From Macrostomum lignano (Eukaryota): a stretch of 64,000 nucleotides of DNA. The stretch is from contig NIVC01001232.1 in the NCBI GenBank assembly GCA_002269645.1, positions 1-64,000 of the forward strand, given 5' to 3'. Both the position numbers and the translations under genes were made by a program. Numbering within the stretch: position 1 is the stretch's first letter; every line of letters starts with the position of its first letter. Under the pieces are notes generated by a model, which was given only the letters and a program-made list of their open reading frames with translations, searched no databases and was not told the DNA's origin. Positions 1-11,300 of the stretch are shown here, in pieces.

Positions 1-59
1 AGTTCCTAACTGAATCAACACAAACCGGACATACTAACACATATCTATCATACTGATAC

Positions 60-335
60 ACTCACAAAGACACAAGCCCAATCTAGACAAGCCTCACAAA
101 GACACAAGCCCAATCTAGACAAGCCTCACAAAGACACAAGCCCAATCTAGACAAGCCTGCACAAAGACACAAGCCCAATCTAGACAAGCCTCACAAAGAC
201 ACAAGCCCAATCTAGACAAGCCTCACAAAGACACAAACCGCAATCTAGACAAGCCTCACAAAGACACAAACCCAATCTAGACAAGCCTCGCAAAGACACA
301 AACCAATCTAGACAAGCTCACAAAGACACAAGCCC
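60..335. repeat. Intronic minisatellite, ~32-bp unit (CACAAAGACACAAGCCCAATCTAGACAAGCCT)
   Basis: About 8 tandem copies read directly. Confidence 0.95.
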
Positions 336-345
336 AATTCTGCAC

Positions 346-585
346 TTGAGAACAGCTGACTCTTGGCCTCGAGCAGGTGGCTCCGCTGTCGCTCTCCTCC
401 GGCTGCAGCGGCAGGCCGGCCAGCAGGGCCGCCACCGCCTCCATGCACAATAGTCAGATCCCGCGACGGCCTGATCTGGCGTTGCCACGGAGACGAGACG
501 CCAGAGACGGCAGCGGGACCGCCGGCCGCTTGTATATTGAGCGGATGAGTGCTAACCATTAGCCAGTCTAGCAGTATTCGGTTAC
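346..585 (-). CDS. NF1: NF1 exon 14 (VTEYLLDWLM...[21 protein letters not shown]...LLEAKSQLF), with several 1-nt deletions
   Basis: actgcag acceptor. Homologous peptides are spread over three frames. The 3' end (AA|GTGCAG) is inferred from the human phase-2 boundary. Confidence 0.8.
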
Positions 586-3500
586 CTGCAGTTGGCGGGG
601 ATTAAATTAACTGCTTTTTTATTATTCGAATAGTGTTTTGAGTAATAGACAGGGAGCTGAGGACAGAGGGTGATGCACTGAAGGACAGGGAGCTGAGGAC
701 AGAGGTGACGCACTGAAGGACAGGGAGCTGAGGACAGAGGGTGATGCACTGAAGGACAGGGAGCTGAGGACAGAAAAGTGATCCACTTAAGAAATATGGC
801 ACTGCAGACAACTACAAAGACTGACGCAAGCTGAAAATCTCGACAACTCTTAGGATATTTTTAGCTTTGAAAAAAGTGGCTTACAAAGGCCGTAATTGTA
901 ATAAAACTTACCTTGTTGCGAAATTTAATCTCCTGCCTAAATGACAAGTCCTCTCTGCGGCCATTAGCACTGTGACCAGCTGACAGAGTCGGATTTTAAT
1001 TGACTTGGAGTGCGGACACTCCACGTGCCGGACGTAGCGAATAATGTTTAAAATGATGCTCTCCAAAGATGAACCGGCTAGGTGCTCGCTGCGCGCCTCG
1101 GCCGGGGTGGATTTCTCCTCTAATATGCTCTTTAGAATGTAGATTATGTTCTCCATGAATAGCGTGTTGGAATCGTTGACGAGAACCTGTAAGGAAAGGG
1201 ATTTTTAATTACTCACATTTATTTAGAATCGTTATTTGTTTGTGCTAAATAGTTTAACTGGAGTAAACTGGCAAAAAATGTAAACTGTACATCATCCAGA
1301 TTGAAGGCTGACTAGGGCGGCACTTTAAAGGGTCCAGAGTTGTGGCGGAACTTCAAAGGGTCCAGAGTTGTGGCGGAACTTCAAAGGGTTAAGAAAGAGT
1401 TGTGGCGGCACTTCAAAGGGTTTAGAGAGAGTTGTGGCGGCACTTCAAAGGGTAAAGAAAGAGCTGTAGCGGCACTTCAAAGGGTTAAGAAAGAGTTGTG
1501 GCGGCACTTCAAAGGGTTAAGAAAGAGTTGTGGCGGCACTTCAAAGGGTTCAGAGTTGTGGCGGCACTTCAAAGGGTTAAGAAAGAGTTGTCGCGGCACT
1601 TCAAAGGGTTCAGAGAGAGCTGTAGCGGCACTTCAAAAGGTTCAGAGTTGTGGCGGCACTTCAAAGGGTTTAGAGAGAGTTGTAGCGGCACTTCAAAGGG
1701 TTTAGAGAGGGAGTTGTGGCGGCACTTCAAAGGGTTTGGAGAGAGTTTGTGGCGGCACTTCAAAGGGTTTAGAGAGAGTTGTAGCGGCACTTCAAAGGGT
1801 TTAGAGAGAGTTGTAGCGGCACTTCAAAGGGTTTAGAGAGGGAGTTGTGGCGGCATTTCAAAGGGGTTGGAGAGAGTTTTGGCGGCACTTCAAACGGTTA
1901 AGAACTAGAGAGAAAAAAATTGGCCACTGATTTAACAAAAAGTGACAAAAAGTATGTGCCCGAAGTCGGAAGCTGACGAGACCACATCAATGCCCGCAAG
2001 TTGCCTTAGCTTTTGCAGTTGCACATCGGTGTTACAGAATAAGACTATTATATACAATATAAGCATCAATATAGCAGTATTGCTTGCGTCGTGTGCAAAA
2101 AAACTACTAGTTAGACAGCCTAAGCCGAAAAAAGCACGTCACAAGGCGTGCTTTAAATAATACTAAACAAGACTGCACAGAGGTTCGCTTAATGACTGCC
2201 CTTCTTTTCCTTGCAATTAAATCCTATAAGGGTTACCGGGCAGCAAGACGGCTTGCAGCTAGAATGCGGGTGCTTATTAACCAACTCTATAAATACAGCC
2301 GCGTCAATCTCCACGGTAGGCGCAGAGGAAAATGACAGAAATGCTATATAATAAAAAATTGACGTCATCAAAACTATTGTAGGGTGGAATTTCTACTGGA
2401 TTTACGCTCGAAATGATGCTAATACATAGTCTATACATAGTAACCACCCCTTCTTATTCATTATTTACCTATTCTGAGAGTATACCTCAGACACATCATA
2501 TAGTGACACAGCTGTGCCACAGACACATACAGTGACACAGCTGTGCCACAGACACATCACACAGTGACGCAGTTATGCCACAGACACATCACACAGTGAC
2601 ACAGCTGTGCCACAGACACATCATACAGTGACACAGCTGTGCCACAGACACATCACACAGTGACGCAGTTATGCCACAGACACATCACACAGTGACACAG
2701 CTGTGCCACAGACACATCATACAGTGACACAGCTGTGCCACAGACACATCACACAGTGACGCAGTTATGCCACAGACACATCACACAGTGACACAGCTGT
2801 GCCACAGACACATCATACAGTGACACAGCTGTGCACAGACACATCATACAGTGACACAGCTGTGCCACAGACACATCACATAGTTATTCACCTGAGTTCC
2901 CTGCGAACTGAAGCACTTCTCGATGTAGAGCTTGACCTGCTCAAACAGCAGCGGATAGACAAACGGATTTAACTGCTGGCCAAGAAGCTCCTTGACGTGG
3001 CGCTGGATCTGGGCGCCGAATTTGTCATTCTGGCAGACCAGCAGCCTCAGCATGTTGCCGATGAACCTGCATGAGATTCCATTAAGAAATCATTGAGCAT
3101 TGGAATACAGTACTTAGCTTTATAAAATAGATGCCATGCTGCACTTCAGCACAAATTCGTGCGCTTCTATATAGCCGCATATCAACAGCATAGCAACGAC
3201 GGTTTGTTTACCTTGAATACAAAATGACTTAATGTCTTTAAAAATGAAAAGACAATGAATATTAATTTCATGCAACTGAAAAACAGAAATTGCAGATTAT
3301 CATTCGAACCCATGCAAAACCAGCAAAGCTCTCAGTCCAGGCTAATTTCGCAACTCTTCAAGTACTAAATGACGCAAAACTGTACAGCAAAACCTTTGAA
3401 ATGGATTAGGCCGATTTTTTAACACTACAAGGCTCAATTTTTCTACAGAATGCACTAGCGAGATAGGAATTTTTAATTTAAAACCTGGCTATTTCATCCC

Positions 3501-6500
3501 TTTGTTGTGGTGGCACTTCAAAGTTGAGAGAGAGATAGTTGTGGCCGCACTTCAAAGGGTTTAGAGAGAATTGCGGCGGCACTTCAAAAGGTTTAGAGAG
3601 AGTTGTGGCGGCACTTCAAAGGGTTCAGAAAGAGTTGTGGCGGCACTTCAAAGGGTTCAGAGAGAGTTGTGACACCACTCTAAAGGGTTTAGAGAGAGTT
3701 GTGGCGGCACTTCAAAGGGTTCAGAAAGAGTTATGGCGGCACTTTAAAGGGTTCAGAGAGAGTTGTGACGCCACTCTAAAGGGTTTAGAGAGAATTGCGG
3801 CGGCACTTCAAAGGGTTCAGAAAGAGTTATGGCGGCACTTTAAAGGGTTCAGAGAGAGTTGTGACGCCACTCTAAAGGGTTTAGAGAGAATTGCGGCGGC
3901 ACTTCAAAAGGTTTAGAGAGAGTTGTGGCGGCACTTCAAAGGGTTCAGAAAGAGTTATGGCGGCACTTTAAAGGGTTCAGAGAGAGTTGTGACGCCACTC
4001 TAAAGGGTTTAGAGAGAATTGCGGCGGCACTTCAAAGGGTTCAGAAAGAGTTGTGGCGGCACTTCAAAGGGTTTAGAGAGTATTGCGGCGGCACTTCAAA
4101 GGGTTTGGAGAGACTTGTGGCGGGACTTCAAAGGGTTTAGAGAGAGTTGTGGCGGCACTTCAAAGGGTTTGGAGAGACTTGTGGCGGCACTTCAAAGGTT
4201 TCGAGAGAGAGATAGTTTTGGCCGGACTTCAAAGGGTTGATAGAGATATGTCCATACCTTTAAAGTCAAACGATCGTCAGTGTTTAAAAAAATCGGCCTT
4301 CACAAAAAGCACACAAATTTTAGTCAGTCTATCTGCGCTCAAAAAAGGCTCGCATTCCAGTCCGATTCTCAGGCACTCACTCCGGCACGTATGAGAACAG
4401 GTAGGGCAGGGCGGTGGCAGGGGGGGTGGCGCACTGCCTGTGCAGCTGCAAGTGCTGCAGATGCGATTTCTTGCCAACTGCGTTTGGCGACAGCCAGCTG
4501 TGCCGCTGGTGCCGATGACTGTCCGGTGTCCGCACCAACTGCAGGGTGCGCGGCGGCTGCAGCTGGCCAGACTGCGACTGCCGCAACTCTAAAAACGACG
4601 GAGGCTGCAGCGGCGGCGGCGGCGGCGGCGGCGGCTCCGCGGTGCCACTTGCTGCAGCCGCTGACGAATTCAAATTAACTGGCGAGCGTTCCGAGTTGCC
4701 GCCAGCGCTGTGTAATCTTATGTGTTATTTGCAAACACGTTTGACACTAATTTGCATTAGTTTATGTCCAGAAAAAAATACAATACTTTCACGCTTAGGG
4801 CACGGATTGTACAAATTGAACTTTATTTACTTCGTAGCTACTTAAAGTACATTCCTACTAAATTTCAGTGCAAATATAGGCCGCTCAAAGCTTTCCTACC
4901 CAAGCTAAATCCGTTCCTAAATCCAATTTACAACACTCGCAAAACCCAACTTTCCTACCCCAGGATAAACCCCACTTTCCAACCCCCAATAACCCCTCTG
5001 TCCTACCCCCAATAAACTCACATTCCTACCCCCAATAAACCCCACATTCCTACCCCCAATAAACCCCACTTTCCTACCCCAAATAAACCCACATTCCTAC
5101 CCCCAATAAACCCCACTTTCCAACCCCCAATAACCCCTCTATCCTACCCCCAATAAACCCCACATTCCTACCCCCAATAAACCCCACTTTCCTACCCCCA
5201 ATAAACCCACTTTCCAACCCCCAATAACCCCTCTGTCCTACCCCCAATAAACTCACATTCCTACCCCCAATAAACCCCACATTCCTACCCCCAATAAACT
5301 CACATTCCTACCCCCAATAAACCCCACATTCCTACCCCCAATAAACGCCCCCTTTCCTACCCCCAATAAACCCACATTCCTACCCCCAATAAACCCCACA
5401 TTCCTACCCCCAATAAACCCACTTTCCTACCCCCAATAAACCCCACATTCCTACCCCCAATAAACCCCACTTTCCTACCCCAACAAACCACAAATTCCTA
5501 GCCCCTAAGGAAACAAAAAGGAAGCAAGCCGACCCGACTCACTGAGTCACAGGGCAGTACTGGTTGTCACCAAGGGGATAAAGTCGCGGATCGATTGGGG
5601 CAGCGGCTGCGGCTGCGGCCGCGGCGGCAGCAGAGGTGGGGTTAGAGACCGCCGCAGTACTGCCGGCGAGGTTGGCGGGAGAGCCGGCCGGAGCGGCGGA
5701 GGCAGCGCCGCCGGACACAGGTGTGGGCGCCGCGGCCTGCGAACGCAGAGCGTAGTGAAGAGTCACGCTGCCTAGAGCGGCCAGGAAGCCGGTCTGATTC
5801 ACCCATTCGTTCAGCGTGTCCTCAAGCTCGTGCTCGGAGTTCTGGTGGCTGTGACGCCGCTTCAACACAGATTTGTAAGCTGAAGAGTCGGCGCTCTCAT
5901 CAGATTTCACTTTGGGATAAGCTACCAAGTAGTTGGTGGCCGATTTCCAGTTCATGAAAGTCTCCTCCCAAGCTTGAATGTTGCCTGAAGGGAAAATTTC
6001 AAGCAGAATATTTTGACTCTTATGGCAGTTAGGAACTTTATACTCGTAATACGCGATTATTTTCACAATTCACCTGTGACCTTACCCAGGAGTACCGGGG
6101 AATTCACCACCTGTGATCTTACCCACGAGTACCGGGGAATTCACCTGTGACCTTACCCAGGAGTACCGGGGAATTTACCTGTGACCTTACCCAGGAGTAC
6201 CGGGGAATTCACCTGTGACCTTACCCAGGAGTACCGGGAATTCACCTGTGCCCTTACCCACGAGTACCGGGGAATTCACCTGTGACCGTACCCAGGAGAA
6301 CCAGGGAATTCAGCTGTGACTTTACCCAAGAGAACCGGTGAATATAAAAGTACAGCAGCATAAGTACACATACCAGGAGTAGGATACAGGACCTTCCTTA
6401 ACAGACACATAATCTGTTTCTGCAGATGGGCCCTGCCCGTAGTGAGAATAGTGTGACTGGAGTGAGCAATCTCCAGGTAAATATCGTAGTTGGGCATCAG

Positions 6501-7894
6501 GGTGAGCGGGTTCAGATCCTCGTATAGCGACCGGAGCTCGGCCTCCTGGCACAGCAGGCCTGAGTGAGAAAGTGGGGCGAAGCGGGCATGCCATATAGAT
6601 ATGTACGCGCTGCAAAAACATGACTGACAATTAAACTGATTTGTTAGAACACAGTGCAAATACACAGCGGCTATAAATGTGAGCAGGGCGTGTGGCCGAG
6701 TTATGCAGTGATGAAGTGAAACTGTGGGTGGGTGAAACAGTGAGAGTGTGAATCAGTGAGTGTGTGAAACAGTGAGTGTCTGAATGACTGAGTGCGTGAA
6801 GAAGTCAGTGTGTGAATCAGTGAGTGTGTGAATTAGTGATTGATAAAGTGAAAAGAAACGGAACATAACCAATATATCTATCCGTGACCTATATATTTAA
6901 CTTACAGTTATAATAAACTATCCAAAATCATATGGACTTAAGAACCTGGTTTTTGCTAATTAGAATCTTTCACTGATAATTAATTACCATCAGGCATTTA
7001 AACAATAATTTCATCTATTTCTATTTATAGCTGGCATAAAAACGCACTCCTTCAACCCCGCTGAATTGATTGAATTTTTTTAAACAGAGATCGACAGTTG
7101 CAGTTTTGTGTTTTGTGTTTAACTAAAATTAAAAAATTAAATGTAGGAAATCTGCAGACTCCTACTATGTAGCACTGAATTGATCATTTTTAATCCTCAC
7201 TTCTAAATAGGTTTTTACCATAGACAAACTCAATATAAAGAAGAGAAGTATGTATAGCCGCAACTTTGCATTTGCTTGCTTCATTTGCCATTCGAAAGTC
7301 CAGAGAAGATAAAAAGATCAATTTAGCGCTTATTAAAATTCAGGATGGTGACTATAACAAACGCGGCAGAAGCCTCACCAAAGCAGCTCATAGCGGTGAG
7401 CACAGCCTCAATGTCCAGGGACCACAGGTACATAAAGAACACCATCTCCAGTTTGATGAGAGCCTGCCGACAGAGATTCTCATTGGAGCCAACATTCGCC
7501 AGCTCTTTGTGCTTCTCCAAAAAGGCGTTTCGACAGATCAGGATGTCCTTCAGCCAGCGCAGCACGTCTCCGTAGTTGGCGATCTGCCGCTGGATCAGCT
7601 TCTGGCTGACCGTGTACAGCACGTGGCTGCTGATGTCCCAGAAGCACACCATCGGCTCGGCGGGGTTCCACAGCTCGATGATGTGCGGCTGGTGCAGGGT
7701 GAGCAGCGCCTGCATGGACTCCTGCATCAGGTCCGGGCACACCACGCTGGAGAAGTGCAGAATGTCCACCAGACCGTTCATCAGCTCCAGCGTGCTCTGC
7801 TGAACTTCGCGGCCGCACCTGCCCGGCGGGTTCTGCGGTACCGAGCGTGTGGGGAACAGTACAGCTGCTTGTCCGGGCTGACAGACAGACAGAC

Positions 7895-7961
<67 letters not shown>

Positions 7962-8022
7962 CACAGACAGACAGACAGACAGACAGACACACAGACACAG
8001 ACAGACAGACAGACACACAGAC

Positions 8023-8069
<47 letters not shown>

Positions 8070-8086
8070 CAGACAGACAGACAGAC

Positions 8087-8129
<43 letters not shown>

Positions 8130-8130
8130 C

Positions 8131-8161
<31 letters not shown>

Positions 8162-8282
8162 CACAGACACAGACAGACAGACAGACGGACAGACAGACAC
8201 ACAGACACAGACAGACAGATAGACAGACACACAGACACAGACAGATAGACAGACAGACAGACACTAAGACAGATAGACACTA

Positions 8283-8313
<31 letters not shown>

Positions 8314-11300
8314 TAGACAGACAGACAGACAGACAGACACACAGACAAACAGACAGACAGACAGACACTGAGACAGACAGACACTAAGACAGACAGACAC
8401 TAAGACAGACAGACAGACAGACAGATACTAAGACAGACAGACACTAAGACGACAGACACTAAGACAGACAGACACTAAGACAGGCAAATGACATTGAGTT
8501 AAGAGTTCGGCTTAGTAAAATTATAATTATTACGACATCTCCGTGAACCCAAAGGCTCAGTCGGGATTTGTGTAGGGACAAGAAATTTCTACTTATTTCT
8601 CCTTCCCCCCCCCTTGCCTCAGCCTTCAAGTCAGATTCGATGCTGCACTAATCGAGAGATGAGGCAAGCAGTCAGTTTGAATAGAAATCGTCAATAGGAT
8701 GTTGTTGCCGGGCAAAAAATATGATTTTTGCGCCTATGATCGGAAAAATGCTGTTTAGATTTAACAAAAAACTGGCTTGTGAAAGCAGTTTTCCAAATAC
8801 CCATTCTAGTACAATAAGCTAGGCACAGACAATGGCTGTTGCATATATGCAATGTTGCATCTATAGAATTAGGGCGGTCCCTCAAAATAGACACAATTAA
8901 CACTTACATGCAGCATCAGAATGGGATCGTCATTGATGAGGCGAACCATGCCGAGCAGGAGGCTGTACTTGGCCGACAAGTCGCCGTCCGTTTTCTCTCG
9001 CATTCGAGGAATCATGCCGCGAGACTGTGGGGAAATGGGATCGAGCTAGTTAGCCTTTGTTGGGTATGGAGATGCCTGACTCAGGTGGGGAGATGCCTGA
9101 CTCAGGGGGGGAGATGGCTGACAGGTGGGGAGATGCCTGACTCAGGTGGGGAGATGCCTGACTCAGGGGGGGAGATGCCTGACTCAGGTGGGGAGATGGC
9201 TGACAGGTGAGGAGATGGCTGACTCAGGTGGGGAGATGCCTGACTCAGGGGGGGAGATGCCTGACTTAGGTGGGGAGATGCCTGACTCAGGTGGGGAGAT
9301 GCCTGACTCAGGTGGGGAGATGCCTGACTCAGGGGGGGAGATGGCTGACTCAGGTGGGGAGATGCCTGACTCAGGTGGGGAGATGCCTGACTCAGGGGGG
9401 GAGATGGCTGACAGGTGGGGAGATGCCTGACTCAGGTGGGGAGATGGCTGACTCAGGTGGGGAGATGCCTGACTCAGGTGGGGAGATGGCTGACAGGTGA
9501 GGAGATGGCTGACTCAGGTGGGGAGATGCCTGACTCAGGGGGGGAGATGCCTGACTTAGGTGGGGAGATGCCTGACTCAGGGGGGGAGATTCCTGACTCA
9601 GGTGGGGAGATGGCTGACTCAGGTGGGGAGATGGCTGACTCAGGTGGGGAGATGCCTGACTCAGGTGGGGAGATGGCTGACTCAGGGAGGGAGATGGCTG
9701 ACAGGTGAGGAGATGGCTGACTCAGGTGGGGAGATGCCTGACTCAGGGGGGGAGATGCCTGACTTAGGTGGGGAGATGCCTGACTCAGGGAGGGAGATGG
9801 CTGACTCAGGGAGGGAGATGGCTGACTCAGGTGGGGAGATGGCTGACTCAGGTGGGGAGATGCCTGACTCAGGGAGGGAGATGGCTGACAGGTGGGGAGA
9901 TGCCTGACTCAGGTGGGGAGATGGCTGACTCAGGTGGGGAGATGCCTGACTCAGGTGGGGAGATGGCTGACAGGTGGGGAGATGCCTGACTCAGGTGGGG
10001 AGATGGCTGACTCAGGTGGGGAGATGTCTGACAGGTGGGCAGATGCCTGACTCAGGTGGGGAGATGCCTGACTCAAGGGGGGGGGAGATGGCTGACTCAG
10101 GTGGGGAGATGGCTGACTCAGGGGGGGGGGAGATGGCTGACTCAGGTGGGGAGATGCCTGAATCAGGTGGGGAGACGGCTGACTCAGGTGGGGAGATGGC
10201 TGACTCAGGTGGGGAGATGGCTGACTCAGGTGGGGAGATGGCTGACTCAGGTGGGGAGATGGCTGACTCAGGTGGGGAGATGGCTGACTCAGGTGGGGAG
10301 ATGGCTGACTCAGGTGGGGAGATGGCTGACTCAGGTGGGGAGATGGCTGACTCAGGTGGGGAGATGGCTGACTCAGGTGGGGTGATGCCTGACTCAGGTG
10401 GGCTGAAAACATGGCAGACTTAGCTACTTGTTTAGTTATATAGATTATAATATACGCTCGTATTAGTACTAAATAATTGTTTTTAGCTGGCTCCAATTTC
10501 AACAGTCAAGCAGAGGGTATTTTGGCAGGATTGACTTTTGAATTATTCAGCCGCCTCGTGACAAGCTAATTGGATTGTGCCAAGTACCATTAGGCATCTT
10601 CTGTCCCGTGCTGCTACGTAGGACTGATATATAAGGCGACAAGATTTCCGATGCATTAAAGAAAATACTTACTAATGAAACCGACTAAACTGAAAATAGC
10701 TCGTAATACATGGATATATACTAGGGCATTCTCTGTTAGAGGAAAAACCCTAAAAAAGAGTCTCTGGAGAGGGAATCTAAGTGGAGAGAGGAAGAGAATC
10801 TAAAGGAGAGTCTCTGGAGACAAACTAAGGGGAGAGAGTCTCTGGAGACGGACTCTAATGGGAGAGAGTCTCTGGAGACGGACTCTAAGGGGAGAGAGTC
10901 TCTGGAGACGGAATCTAAGGGGAGAGAGTCTCTGGAGACGGACTCTAATGGGAGAGAGTCTCTGGAGACGGACTCTAAGGGGAGAGAGTCTCTGGAGACG
11001 GAAACGGAATCTAAGGGGAGAGAGTCTCTGGAGACGGAATCTAAGGGGAGAGAGTCTCTGGAGAAGGAATCTAAGGGGAGAGAGTCTCTGGAGACGGAAT
11101 CTAAGGGGAGAGAGTCTCTGGAGACGGACTCTAATGGGAGAGAGTCTCTGGAGACGGACTCTAAGGGGAGAGAGTCTCTGGAGACGGAATCTAAGGGGAG
11201 AGAGTCTCTGGAGAAGGAATCTAAGGGGAGAGAGTCTCTGGAGACGGACTCTAATGGGAGAGAGTCTCTGGAGACGGACTCTAAGGGGAGAGAGTCTCTG

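Noticed and set aside
10670-10690. 17-nt micro-exon candidate on the NF1 strand (ttttcag|TTTAGTCGGTTTCATTA|GTAAGT)
   Set aside because: It would break the phase 0-0 frame and has no homology support.
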